A stretch of 64,000 nt of DNA from a virus: the IMG/VR virus record IMGVR_UViG_3300036715_002535, positions 32,001 to 96,000 of that record. One strand, given 5' to 3'. Below, one piece after another: positions 9,853-19,949 of this stretch; position 1 is the stretch's first letter; each line of letters opens with the position of its first letter. A model generated the notes under the pieces. That model saw nothing but the letters and a program-made list of their open reading frames with translations, ran no database searches and was not told the DNA's origin. The position numbers and the translations under genes were made by a program.

Positions 9853-10203
9853 TCAATGGAAGAACCTCAGCATCTCTGGCTGGTTGGGGAGTAGCCTAAG
9901 ACTCTGAAGGTAGTTCAAGAATGCTAGGTAAACTATTGTTGCTTCATTGGGACCTTGATCGACTTTGGTTCCTCGAACGTAGAACCCTTCAGGTGTGATG
10001 CGAACGTACTCTATGTCTGCGATTGTAAAAGAAATAGTCCTCTTCTTCTCTTCATCGGTCAAGGCATCCTGAATTGGAGCTTGCTCGTAGCAAATCGGAA
10101 ACTGGCCCATCGGTTCAGGTTCTGGTTGCCACTCGAACCCATCCAAAGCTGGTTGCACGTAAATCGGTTTGGGCCGTTCCTGGACGTACAGGGTCTGTGT
10201 CAT
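9853..10203 (-). CDS. hypothetical protein
   Basis: Coupled to 10200..10484. Confidence 0.55.
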   Translation of the reverse strand: MTQTLYVQERPKPIYVQPALDGFEWQPEPEPMGQFPICYEQAPIQDALTDEEKKRTISFTIADIEYVRITPEGFYVRGTKVDQGPNEATIVYLAFLNYLQSLRLLPNQPEMLRFFH

Positions 10204-10484
10204 TTCAGAAAATCCTTCTTGTAGGCTTCCGCCGTAGCCGGATCAACAGGTTGAAACGGACTTTCAACTGGTGGTTCATTTGTGGTCAAATCCTTGGTCC
10301 ACACCTTAGGAGCTTCCAGATAGACTGGCTCTTTATCCTCGAGGAGGGATAAGGCAAAGATCATCCCATTCGCCATTCCATGGAAGTAGGGATCGAAGTC
10401 CCAAGTTCCTTTCATGCAGGAGATCTCAGTCATCTTGCGAAGTTCTTCGATTTTACTCTTTAGAGTGGGCTTCGCTTTGGTCAT
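10200..10484 (-). CDS. hypothetical phage protein
   Basis: ORF with WDFDPYFHGMANG motif, RBS present. Confidence 0.6.
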   Translation of the reverse strand: MTKAKPTLKSKIEELRKMTEISCMKGTWDFDPYFHGMANGMIFALSLLEDKEPVYLEAPKVWTKDLTTNEPPVESPFQPVDPATAEAYKKDFLK

Positions 10485-11031
10485 GACTTCCCCTTGTACA
10501 CGTAGTTGATCCGAACCTCTTCACCCTTTTGTAGAACTGGATCGATCGTTATCAACCCATAGTCGTCTAGTTCTATTTCAACGTTTTTGTAAAGGAATGG
10601 CAGGCGAAACCCTAGAAACTTTCTTGGGATCTGCGCCTGGACCTTCACAGAACGTCCGTGGTCTCTAGAGTGACCTTGACGGTAACGGGAGGCTGATCCG
10701 GATTCGGGAAGACCCCGCGTGGGAAATAGAGACTCAGTTTGGGTTCCCCATCGTTTTCATACACGTGGGTACCTTTCGTTGATTTACCCAGCTTGAGAGA
10801 AGTAGAAAGGATCTGCATCATGCCCTCTTGGTGATAGTGATTGCGTGTTCTCGAGCGAATTGATGGAGTTCTTGTTCAGAATCGAAAGGCCCGTACTCAT
10901 GCAACTTCTCTTTAGTGTTGCTGTTGTACCCCTTGAGAACGTAGTGATCGATGTAGTGAGGTTGAAGTAGATTGTTCTCGCTGTGCCAGTATATCGGTAC
11001 AATCACCCAAGTCTCATTCGGGCTGATTCTC

Positions 11032-11493
11032 TTAGCCAAGCATTTCTCCTTCTTTCATGTTTACCATTCCATCCAGAATTTCCGTGGAGGAGGGGCACCC
11101 TTTGAGATTGGGAAAGATTCCCATCATCTTCTCAATGTTACAAGTCAGATTTTGAGCGACTGCCATGGGATCTATCTGATCAAGATCCCATCCGTAGAGA
11201 TCGCTGCTCGACCAGGTTCCCTCTTCTACCTTCTTGTAGAGTTCCAGATGGAGTGGAGCACAAACCAGGATCGCCTTCACCAAGCAATCCCGAATATCCC
11301 TCATCGTTAGCCCTTCGACAAGAGTCTGCCCACGAAGACCATTGTCGGTCCAAGGTTGACCATCGTAAGGCCGTTCCCGATCATTCCTTCGAGCTGAAGG
11401 ACCCTCCGCAGCCCTCATCGCAAATTCTATGAAGGCGATGGGATCCTTCTGGAATTCTTCACCACCACTGTTCACTACCGGTAAGTTGTCCAT
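11032..11493 (-). CDS. hypothetical phage protein
   Basis: 153-aa ORF heading a minus-strand operon. Confidence 0.65.
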   Translation of the reverse strand: MDNLPVVNSGGEEFQKDPIAFIEFAMRAAEGPSARRNDRERPYDGQPWTDNGLRGQTLVEGLTMRDIRDCLVKAILVCAPLHLELYKKVEEGTWSSSDLYGWDLDQIDPMAVAQNLTCNIEKMMGIFPNLKGCPSSTEILDGMVNMKEGEMLG

Positions 11494-11646
11494 GGATTGT
11501 TAACCTACGAAGGCATCAATCCACATCTATTCTCGCGAGTAGCTTTCGAGCCTCGTTACAAATAGCACAATGACAAGCTTTTGATCCGACATCTTCACTG
11601 CCATTGTTAATTGTAGGTGATTTTACTATTCGTACAAATAATTCGG

Positions 11647-11676
11647 ATTGACATTTTTATTCGTCAATAGTATATT
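11647..11676 (+). promoter_or_regulatory. Class I palindromic promoter copy (variant)
   Basis: ATTGAC-N10-GTCAAT-AG-TATATT. Confidence 0.8.
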
Positions 11677-11692
11677 GGTCTGAGGAGAATTT

Positions 11693-11977
11693 ATGCAGAC
11701 CTACCAAGTCAAATACCTTTCGTTCCGAGAAGCGCTCGAACGGTATTGCAATCAGACGAAGGAGGATCTGAAGGAAGTCACAGAACGCTGTAAAACTTGG
11801 CAGCGAAGGTTCCACGCGGAAACCGATGGCCTAATCGTTTTGATGAACAAGAAGGAATTCGTTCACTACCTCTACCAGCTTGGTAGCCAATGGATGATCG
11901 AGAGGGATATTCACCTCTACCTCGAAGTCTACCTGAAAGAAAAAGACGTTACTTATATTTCACTGGATCTTCAATGA
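11693..11977 (+). CDS. hypothetical protein
   Basis: GAGGAG RBS after promoter. Confidence 0.65.
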   Translation: MQTYQVKYLSFREALERYCNQTKEDLKEVTERCKTWQRRFHAETDGLIVLMNKKEFVHYLYQLGSQWMIERDIHLYLEVYLKEKDVTYISLDLQ

Positions 11978-11990
11978 GAAAGGGTTTGAC

Positions 11991-12665
11991 ATGGAAATGA
12001 CCCCAACCATGAAGCATGAGGTCGAAGCAATCGAGGCGGCTTTCAACGATGGCTACATCTCTCGTTCGGAAGCAGATTCGGCAATCAAGAGGATTCGGAC
12101 CGAACCCTACCTTTTCATCTCGGTTGATGTGGAAGCGGATGGACCCATCCCTGGTCCCCATAATATGCTCTCCCTTGGAGCAGTCGCCTTCACCATCCAC
12201 AAGGGGAACTACAAGGAGCTGGACACCTTCGAGGTGAATCTAGAGCTCCTACCTGAATCCGAACCGATGGATCCTTCGACTGCAAAGTTCTGGAAGGACA
12301 ATCAGGCTGCGTATGATGCTACGCGAGTTAATCAGAAGTCACCCAAGCAATCGATGGAGGACTTCGTCAAGTGGATGGAGACCTTTGGCCGAAAGCCAAC
12401 CTTCATCGCATACCCAGCAGGGTTCGACTTCACCTTCGTGTACTGGTATTTGATGCGGTTCATGAAGAAGAGCCCCTTCAGCTTCAGCGCGCTGGATGTC
12501 AAGACCTTTGCGTGGGCAACCATGGGTGGTGCCTACCACTATGCCATCAAGCGAAACATGCCTAAGAAGTGGTTCGAGGGCTGTGGTGAGCATACCCACG
12601 TGGCAATCGAAGATGCCCGCGAGCAGGCAATCCTCTTCACCAACATCATGAAGGATTCCAAATAG
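11991..12665 (+). CDS. DEDDh 3'-5' exonuclease (Rv2179c-like)
   Basis: SVDVEADGPIPG, PAGFDF, LDVKT, HVAIEDA motifs. Confidence 0.85.
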   Translation: MEMTPTMKHEVEAIEAAFNDGYISRSEADSAIKRIRTEPYLFISVDVEADGPIPGPHNMLSLGAVAFTIHKGNYKELDTFEVNLELLPESEPMDPSTAKFWKDNQAAYDATRVNQKSPKQSMEDFVKWMETFGRKPTFIAYPAGFDFTFVYWYLMRFMKKSPFSFSALDVKTFAWATMGGAYHYAIKRNMPKKWFEGCGEHTHVAIEDAREQAILFTNIMKDSK

Positions 12666-12696
12666 CCCTTGACAATTAATTCGTCAAGGGTATATT
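12666..12696 (+). promoter_or_regulatory. Class I palindromic promoter copy
   Basis: CCCTTGAC-aattaattc-GTCAAGGG-TATATT. Confidence 0.9.
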
Positions 12697-12714
12697 TGTG
12701 GGGAAGAGGATAAC

Positions 12715-13239
12715 ATGAAGTATACCGAAGCAGCATTCAAAGCTCTCCGCGAAAAGGCAATCAAGCTCGCGATGGAGAAGCACTTTGGTCAGACGTATGG
12801 CAAGGACAAGCCCTACACCTGGCACCTTCGGCATGTAGCTGACAACGCAATGAAGTGGGCACCTTTTCTTCCCTACGGTGCTCCAGTCGAAGCCATCGTC
12901 ATTGCTGCCTGGCTTCATGACATCATCGAGGACGCAGGATTCACCCGCGAAGAGATCGAGTTCCACTTCGGAAGTGAGGTCGCAGAGATCGTCTGGCGCG
13001 TAACGGATGAGGAAGGTGCCAACAGGGCAGAACGGCACGAGAAGACTTACCCGAAGATTCGTGGCTCGGTCTTCTCAGTCTACCTGAAGCTGATGGACCG
13101 AATCTCCAACATCGAAGCCGGCGGCAAGGCTGGGATGTACATCAAGGAGTTCCCGGGCTTCAAGGCGGCTCTCTATAAGGCTGGGGAGTTCGATCCCATC
13201 TGGGAACATCTCGAAATCATCTTGAAGGATGCTGCATGA
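12715..13239 (+). CDS. HD-domain hydrolase, Mesh1/SpoT (small alarmone hydrolase)-like
   Basis: H.GQ..G.KPYTWHL..V, AAWLHDIIED, FGSEVAEIV.RVTD, KLMDRISN. Confidence 0.8.
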   Translation: MKYTEAAFKALREKAIKLAMEKHFGQTYGKDKPYTWHLRHVADNAMKWAPFLPYGAPVEAIVIAAWLHDIIEDAGFTREEIEFHFGSEVAEIVWRVTDEEGANRAERHEKTYPKIRGSVFSVYLKLMDRISNIEAGGKAGMYIKEFPGFKAALYKAGEFDPIWEHLEIILKDAA

Positions 13240-13607
13240 TCTTCGTATTCGGATCCAACCTCGCTGGTATGCACATGGCTGGCGCCGCTGCCTTCGCTGT
13301 TGAAAGGCACGGCGCCATCTTTGGTAAGAAGGATGGACGGCAGGGCAACTCCTACGCCATCCCAACCTGCGACAGCTTCATTGCTCCACTTACGCTGACG
13401 GAGATTCAGATGTACGTGGATGCGTTTATCAACTACACGGTCCAGATACCAGACGAAGAGTTCCAGATCACTCGAATTGGTTGCGGCATTGCCGGTTTCA
13501 CGGATGCTCAGATCGCACCACTATTCAAAGATGCGCCGGTGCTCAACTGCTTGATGCCTCCGGAGTGGGCATCCTACTACCCGAACCATCGTACCTGGAA
13601 GTTCTAG
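13236..13607 (+). CDS. A1S_2505-like phage protein (possibly macrodomain-like)
   Basis: IFVFGSNLAG.H..GAA, GNSYAIPT, TRIGCGIAG motifs. Confidence 0.75.
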   Translation: MIFVFGSNLAGMHMAGAAAFAVERHGAIFGKKDGRQGNSYAIPTCDSFIAPLTLTEIQMYVDAFINYTVQIPDEEFQITRIGCGIAGFTDAQIAPLFKDAPVLNCLMPPEWASYYPNHRTWKF

Positions 13608-13819
13608 CGCCTCCAGGCATCCTTCAATTGGTTCTTGTGGTACTCTTGTGCTAACGCCTTACCGATTGCATGTCTACGCCTTCGCTCTTCTTCGAAGACC
13701 TCACGTTGAGCATCCTTATCAAAGAATGGTTTGATAACTCCCTGTTGTTATGAAGAGTAGGAGAAATAGCGGTTGTAATAACATTACGAAGAAGGCTAGA
13801 AGTGACCAGGCCGCGATTC

Positions 13820-14140
13820 CTACAACGAGACCGTTCTGCATTCTTCCTCCAGGATCTTGTACTCGACCAAAACTTTTCTGATCCTCGCAGCAAGATCTGG
13901 ATATAGAGAATCGAAGTCCCAGCACGTTATGAGAAACATTTGTATACTAAAGGATGGGTAAGTATCCAGAACCTTGAGGAATTCTTGAAAAGGGACTGCC
14001 TTCTCATTGAGTACTGCAAAGTGCTGGGCAATATCTAAAGCACACATTCTCGATCGATATACAAGATCGATTCTCCGGAGCATGATAGTACAGAGAACCA
14101 TTCCGATCAGGCAAAGAAAGAGAATCTTCTCTGAACTCAT
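13820..14140 (-). CDS. hypothetical membrane-anchored protein
   Basis: N-terminal hydrophobic helix; coupled ORF. Confidence 0.55.
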   Translation of the reverse strand: MSSEKILFLCLIGMVLCTIMLRRIDLVYRSRMCALDIAQHFAVLNEKAVPFQEFLKVLDTYPSFSIQMFLITCWDFDSLYPDLAARIRKVLVEYKILEEECRTVSL

Positions 14141-14571
14141 TTCGCAGGCTCTGGGAAGATCAAACGCTGACCATCAGAGGTGATACCCGTCTCGTACCTT
14201 CTGGCCTGCAGCTTCTCGACCAGTTTCCGGTACCCTTCGTTGTCACCTTTTGCCATATCGCTAGCGGTATCGATGTCATCCAGCAGGCTGAAAAGAAATT
14301 CTGCCATCTCCTTGTGGGTCATCAAAGGGTTACCAGCAGGAGTGAAGAAGGTGACTCGAGCTGCCGAAGGTCTGGGAGGTGGTGGGCTTGGAAATTCCTT
14401 GATGAGAGCCTTGTTGAAGGATGGCCCGGCTTTTTCTTTACGTGCGAAAAGCAGTACGAATCCCTTTACTATGTTCGCGGACAAATCCACGCATGCAAGC
14501 GCTACCACGCAAGCAACGGGTGTTCCACAGAATGCGAACAGGTAAGGGTGTGCGAAAGCCCACGGAATCAT
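14137..14571 (-). CDS. hypothetical membrane-anchored protein
   Basis: GGAG RBS after the rSAM stop; hydrophobic N-terminus. Confidence 0.55.
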   Translation of the reverse strand: MIPWAFAHPYLFAFCGTPVACVVALACVDLSANIVKGFVLLFARKEKAGPSFNKALIKEFPSPPPPRPSAARVTFFTPAGNPLMTHKEMAEFLFSLLDDIDTASDMAKGDNEGYRKLVEKLQARRYETGITSDGQRLIFPEPAK

Positions 14572-14579
14572 CGAATCTC

Positions 14580-16391
14580 CTAAGTAGAAAAGGGATCTGA
14601 CATTGGTATTGCTAAGGAGATAACCCGGTCTTTCTCTCTAAACATTAGTCCTAGATTTTCCAGTTTACGTAAAATTCCATCTACATCTCGGTAAGTAAAT
14701 CCATTCGAAAGAAGAATGGGATCCTCCGAAAGGCGGTCAAGTGAAACGATGTCCAAGCAGAGATGGTAGATGCGGCTTTCGTTTTCGTCCAAGGAGTACC
14801 GCGCGGATCTACCCGGTCTCTCATCCTCGACTACTACCTTCTCCCCAAGTCTGTAGTATCTTAGGAGCTTCTGTCCCTTCTTTTGCCGGTAGTTCTGGAT
14901 CCATTCCCTCACCACGCGAGTGAGTTCTAAACTGTAGGGTGCAGAATCAATCCCATCATAGTTGAACTTTGTCGCAATTCTATAGAGCTGTTCTCTATCA
15001 AGCGGGTACAGGAACTGGAAGATTGGTTCTGGATCTCGAATCACAATTCCATATTTCTCCGGGAAGTCGAAGAGCTGGGATCCCCTGGATAGGTAGTATT
15101 CGATCACACCATTCGGAGGATAGAGATGCTGAAGTTTGTAAGCTAGCTCGGCCATTCGCAGGTACTCAGTAGGATCCTCGGAATGGAATCCACGAATGAT
15201 GTTCCAAGTCAAAGGAATGTCCAACCACTTGCAGAACTTCAAAAATCGAACGTTCTGGATTGCTGAAACACCCTTAGAGATAAGCTCGAGGATGGGGGTA
15301 CTAAGACTTTCAATCCCTGGCTGAAGTACCCGCGCTCCGGCCCTCTTTAAAAGTTTCAGATCTTCTAGACCAGTGTTACTCTTGAGTTCGAAGAAGAGCT
15401 CTAGGTTGTACTTCGACTCAATCAACGATTCGAGAATCTTAGTCCCGTCCTTGTAATCGAGGATACTGTCGACTGCGTAGAACTTGTACACCCCATGCTG
15501 ATCTGCAAGACGAAGAACATCGGCTACAACCTTCTCCCAGTTCTTCCTTCGGTAAGGAGTAGTGAAGACATCTTCCGCACAGAATGTGCAAGGGTGCTTG
15601 AAACCCCACCAGCAACCACGACCGGTCTCGTACTGAATGTATACGTCCCGCTTGACCTCATCCAGTTTCAACCTATCGATACGTTCAAAGAACTCCTCGT
15701 GATTGGGATCCTCGAATTGATCACCCTCGACCTTGTTCGACAGGTCTGCAAAGTAGATTCCAAGATCCGAACGAATGGACGCACAGGGATGAGAGGTCAA
15801 ACCTGCCTGCAACCCCTTTACGAACTCCGGTAGAGCTACCTCAGCATCACCATGCCAGATCGCATCCAACCATCCGAAGTTTTCAAGTAGGGCTTCTCCT
15901 ACACCATGGACAAGTCCCGGTCCACCAAAGATGACCTTGATACGAGGATTCAGCTCTTTGATTCTCTTCGCCAGAACCAGGGAAGCAACGAACTGAGCAA
16001 GCACTATTGTGAAGCCCACAATCTTAGGATTTGATTCTACGATCTCAAGAGCCAGCTTCTCCACGAATTCCGGGGTTGCCGCTTTGATGTCGAAGTACAG
16101 ATCAGGAAGAATCTGCTGAAGGGTCTCAGAGTCGTCTATCCCTTTGAAGGTGGGGTTAGTGAAGACCCACTCCGCGTACTCCATGCTCTGACTGATCTCT
16201 AGGTACTGTAGCCTACTGGTTACAAGCTTTCGTTCGTACAGGAAAGAGTAGTAATCCAGGTTCGCGGAAAGAGACCCAACCTTGAGACCCGCTTTACTTA
16301 GAACGGTATGAACGATTCCAAGTTGAATACTTGGGTCCAGAGTAACCCACGGCATCGAAACCGTTAGGAAATCTAGATCCTTTGGGATCAT
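14580..16391 (-). CDS. Cobalamin-binding radical SAM C-methyltransferase, RiPP-maturation type (TIGR03975-like)
   Basis: VSMPW...PSIQLG B12-binding N-domain, IFGGPG, ETGRGCWWGFKHPCTFC variant rSAM cysteine motif, VDSIL, QPGIESLS, WNII.GF. Confidence 0.85.
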   Translation of the reverse strand: MIPKDLDFLTVSMPWVTLDPSIQLGIVHTVLSKAGLKVGSLSANLDYYSFLYERKLVTSRLQYLEISQSMEYAEWVFTNPTFKGIDDSETLQQILPDLYFDIKAATPEFVEKLALEIVESNPKIVGFTIVLAQFVASLVLAKRIKELNPRIKVIFGGPGLVHGVGEALLENFGWLDAIWHGDAEVALPEFVKGLQAGLTSHPCASIRSDLGIYFADLSNKVEGDQFEDPNHEEFFERIDRLKLDEVKRDVYIQYETGRGCWWGFKHPCTFCAEDVFTTPYRRKNWEKVVADVLRLADQHGVYKFYAVDSILDYKDGTKILESLIESKYNLELFFELKSNTGLEDLKLLKRAGARVLQPGIESLSTPILELISKGVSAIQNVRFLKFCKWLDIPLTWNIIRGFHSEDPTEYLRMAELAYKLQHLYPPNGVIEYYLSRGSQLFDFPEKYGIVIRDPEPIFQFLYPLDREQLYRIATKFNYDGIDSAPYSLELTRVVREWIQNYRQKKGQKLLRYYRLGEKVVVEDERPGRSARYSLDENESRIYHLCLDIVSLDRLSEDPILLSNGFTYRDVDGILRKLENLGLMFREKDRVISLAIPMSDPFST

Positions 16392-16612
16392 TAGTAATCC
16401 TCGGATGGACCTATTGAAGGATGACCACCGAACTCAATAGTCGTTCCACCCTTTGGTTTGATGTCGGGGAACCGGTGTCGAAAGACTTCTGGAATTGCTA
16501 CAAGCCGTTCAATACACTCAAAGCAAAGAAGGGCATGGCGCTCCGCGTCTCCGATCAAAACGACCCGAGACTCCTGATGGCACTCACTGCACCAACCTTC
16601 AGTTACTCTCAA
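16391..16612 (-). CDS. small CxxC..CxxC protein
   Basis: CSEC...CFEC; stop overlaps rSAM start. Confidence 0.55.
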   Translation of the reverse strand: MRVTEGWCSECHQESRVVLIGDAERHALLCFECIERLVAIPEVFRHRFPDIKPKGGTTIEFGGHPSIGPSEDY

Positions 16613-16841
16613 TCAACAATCCTTCTACTGGAAGCAATCTCGTGATGAATGGACCTCCACGCATTACCAAAGTTTACGAGCAGTTCTTCAAGTCTACCTT
16701 GCCGAACCCACCACATTTTGAAGTCGTCTTCTGTGAGGGGTACATCGTTCTGAATGATTGTACGTTGATTGATTACCTCTGACTGAATAGGTTGGAAGCG
16801 ATCCTGAGAATCTTTCCCAGAGCGCCTCACGACCCTCGATC

Positions 16842-17135
16842 TTATATTCGGCCATTGTTGGGCTCGAGTTCTAAGTTGAGGACTCCAGTGACCGGAAGAC
16901 CCTTCCGAACCGCTTTACGATTGGCACGACGCTCTTCAGCACGCTGGCGCCTACGCTCCTGACGGTTGCCCTGATAGTGATCCAAGGGAACACGACGGGA
17001 CAGGACATGACCTTCGATCTTTAGTTCCTCAAGTCTTGCATCCATGGCTTCCCGAAGGGCGGTTTCGTTCGCAGCGTGAAAGACTTCCTGAAGGACCTTC
17101 TGTCCTTCAGTTGTGGTGTAGTGTGTCTCTTGCAT
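16842..17135 (-). CDS. hypothetical basic protein
   Basis: Coupled ORF, NRQERRR motif. Confidence 0.55.
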   Translation of the reverse strand: MQETHYTTTEGQKVLQEVFHAANETALREAMDARLEELKIEGHVLSRRVPLDHYQGNRQERRRQRAEERRANRKAVRKGLPVTGVLNLELEPNNGRI

Positions 17136-17470
17136 TACTGTGCCTTTCCAAGGAAGCTGAGGATGCCCTTACGTGGTTTCTCTTGTTCGATATCAATCGT
17201 CTGAACCAGAGATCCGATCGAATTGAACTTGTAGTTTGGCTCCACACCCAGACACTCCTGAATGAGTGAAGGCACCGCGCCCCGAATCTCCTTCGGCATG
17301 TCCGCGAAATTGATGCAGTGAAGTGGATTCAGAATCCGATAGGCTTCGTTCTTGGGGTTGATATCTAGCATCGTAGCTACGCTATCGATTGTGCAGATAC
17401 TGAAATGCCCCTTCGACATCATGTTGTTCAGTGCAGTTATTGCTACAAGTTTTTTGATGTCGTCTGCCAT
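17135..17470 (-). CDS. hypothetical phage protein
   Basis: GAGGGG RBS. Confidence 0.6.
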   Translation of the reverse strand: MADDIKKLVAITALNNMMSKGHFSICTIDSVATMLDINPKNEAYRILNPLHCINFADMPKEIRGAVPSLIQECLGVEPNYKFNSIGSLVQTIDIEQEKPRKGILSFLGKAQ

Positions 17471-17887
17471 GATCCCCTCTAATTAGGGTTGAAACCCGGA
17501 AATATTCCGAGGTCCTACCAAAGTGCCTTGCGCATCTCGGTAGTAAACGAACGGCTGACCAGAATTTACGTAGCAGATCTCAAGGTTCTTGAGAGTCGCA
17601 GGGTCTGTTCCGGTTGCTTTCCACGTGTAAGGTGCAAGATCGAACATGAGAACCTCCTATCTTTCTAACCCATGATACCCTTGAGAGGCTCCTGAGGATT
17701 CTCAATATCATTGAGAATGAAAGTCAAGCGCTCGATTTCCTTCAGGGGACTGAATTCTTCTAGGCTATCGTAGTCCACACCTTTCAAGGGAAGGGTGAAG
17801 ATGTAACGGACCTCACCCTGAACCATACGAGGTCCAGACCAGTGTTTGGGGTCTAAGAAAGGATTTTCCATACTGGAGTAACCAAAA

Positions 17888-18542
17888 TTACTTTCCTTTC
17901 AACCAAGAATCAAGAGGAAATTTCTGTCCTGTACGATGATCCAGGATAAGATTGTCCTGAAACCGGTAAGTTCGGATCTTGTCTCCCCTTTGCCCAGAGC
18001 CAATCTTGTCTTTTCGTTCTCGATTGATGTCTGCGTGAGCATTATTCTTTACCAGCTCCTGAAGTTTCATCTCCAACAGCTCCAATGCAACTACACGATT
18101 CCGGATCTGAGACCTGCCATCGATCCGGACTTGAAGACCGGTCGGCTTGTGGGTCGCAATAACACAGGATTCTACCTTGTTGCGGTGCTGCCCTCCAGGA
18201 CCACTGCCCCGGGTAGTTCTAACGTCTATATCCCGCAAATTTAAAGATGCCGCGCGGTTCTGGAGCTCATAACAGGCCACGGTTATGGTAGAGGTGTGAA
18301 CTCTACCCTTCTTCTCTGTAGGTGGAATACGCTGGAAGCGATGTCCTCCACTCCCTTGAAGAAATTCACCGGCGCTATCACCCTTGATGAGAAGGGAAGC
18401 GAAGCCAGGCGCCTCTTCTAAGAGTTCGGTCTCAAAGTCCCCTCCGCTCCGTCCGACGTAAATAGGCTTTCAGTTGATCCCTGACGAGTAGGACTGCATC
18501 GTCCCCACCCTCAGCAGCTCGAATCTCAAGAATGAGTTCCAT
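17888..18542 (-). CDS. Class-1 peptide chain release factor-like protein (RF1-type PxT, lacks N-terminal domain), programmed +1 frameshift at 18437-18432
   Basis: ATG 18542 (GGAGG RBS) MELILEIRAAEGGDDA...RRGL then TGA; +1 frame gives GGHRFQRIPPTEKKGRVHTST, GSGPGGQHRNK, KIRTY..DHRTG; about 217 aa joined. Confidence 0.88.
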
Positions 18543-18560
18543 GCTGCACCTCCTTGAGCA

Positions 18561-18571
18561 ATTATAACCCC
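18561..18571 (-). promoter_or_regulatory. Class II promoter (GGGGTTATAAT)
   Basis: Upstream of the release-factor RBS; same core as other class II sites. Confidence 0.65.
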
Positions 18572-18586
18572 AAGATCTAAGAATCC

Positions 18587-18617
18587 GCCTTGACAATTAA
18601 ATCGTCAAGGGTATATT
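18587..18617 (+). promoter_or_regulatory. Class I palindromic promoter copy
   Basis: GCCTTGAC-aattaaatc-GTCAAGGG-TATATT. Confidence 0.9.
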
Positions 18618-18635
18618 TGATAGTGGGAGGAACGA

Positions 18636-19184
18636 ATGCTGACCATAGTGAGCTCCATCATCTGCAGCGAATTCCGGAAGGAGTTTCAATCTCCGGAGCG
18701 TCAGAAGAATGAGGGTTTCTTGTCCGAGCCCAACAAGGCCATGATGGTTCGCTTCAAGCTGACTCCGGATTTCGAAGTCGAGGAAGGCTACCGCAATCTG
18801 AGCATCCTGATCTTCGGCGCCGGCAGAAACTACATCACCGTGATGGCGAAGCTGGACTGGACCGTGATCCAGAACGAAGACATCAACGATGATGGTGAGG
18901 GGCTCAAGAAGGGCAAGGAATACACCGAGGGTGAAACCCCTTGGGTGCACTTCAGTTGCCATGACTCCTGCTGGACCTCGGACGGCGTGGAATCCATCAT
19001 CCAGATGTTCCGCAACCGGATCAACTGCATGGATTCGCGCTTCGATCGTTGGTACGAAACGATGACCCTGACTCCCGAACAGATCAAGGATTTCAATCAG
19101 ATCACTCGCGACACTCGCGAAGGCAAGCTCACCCATTCCCGCAAGTTCGAAACCCTCGAGTTCAAGTTCCCGGTGAAGAAATGA
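18636..19184 (+). CDS. hypothetical protein
   Basis: GGGAGG RBS after promoter. Confidence 0.7.
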   Translation: MLTIVSSIICSEFRKEFQSPERQKNEGFLSEPNKAMMVRFKLTPDFEVEEGYRNLSILIFGAGRNYITVMAKLDWTVIQNEDINDDGEGLKKGKEYTEGETPWVHFSCHDSCWTSDGVESIIQMFRNRINCMDSRFDRWYETMTLTPEQIKDFNQITRDTREGKLTHSRKFETLEFKFPVKK

Positions 19185-19347
19185 AGGCAGTCACCCGAGA
19201 AGCGGTCCACGCCTACCAAGAGAAGTATGGTTGTGGAATCGAAACCGCCAAGCGTGGGGTTGCACACCAGAATGCCATGGAAGCAATCGAATCCGCCACA
19301 ACCGTAGAAGATCTGAAGGGTGTTCTACTTTTCCTTCTGGAGACGAA

Positions 19348-19659
19348 ATGACCGCTCCCAAGTCGAACGAGCAGATCAGAACCAGGATCAAGAAGGTCTT
19401 CGAGAAAGTATGCCGGAACAATGGATGTACCATGGACGGACTCAGATTTTACTCTCCCAAACAGTGGAAGGAGAGGGGTGAGCGATACGGGCAGAACTCC
19501 GTCATGTCCACCATTTTCGAAGAGCATCAGGGGATGTACTACACGATGAACGCTATCGGATCCTTCAAGCTTCAGAATGAACTGGTGGAAGAGCTCGCAA
19601 AAATTGGTTACTGGTTTGAGCTGGGAAATTCCTGGTACCTGAGCATCTACGAACTGTAG
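19348..19659 (+). CDS. hypothetical protein
   Basis: ATGA overlap, GGAG RBS. Confidence 0.6.
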   Translation: MTAPKSNEQIRTRIKKVFEKVCRNNGCTMDGLRFYSPKQWKERGERYGQNSVMSTIFEEHQGMYYTMNAIGSFKLQNELVEELAKIGYWFELGNSWYLSIYEL

Positions 19660-19949
19660 GAGCGTTGTGGCAATCTTACCTCAGAGCGCCCCTTGGTTGG
19701 AGCAGTACTTTACGAATGGTCTTAAGGTGATTCGTCTGTACGCTCGTGCTTGGAAGACCGGGGAAGATCCTTACAAGGATGGTCTCTGGAGAGTCATTCT
19801 TCAACCGGTCAGCTCAAGTGGAGTGGTGCTTGCTGAACAGGCACAAGACTTCGAGTGGACCAAGAAGGACGACGCGATTCCCTGGGCTCAGAGCCAACTA
19901 GGTCCCTCCTTCAGACCCACCCATCAAAGAGTTCTCGGAAGGGCAGATC

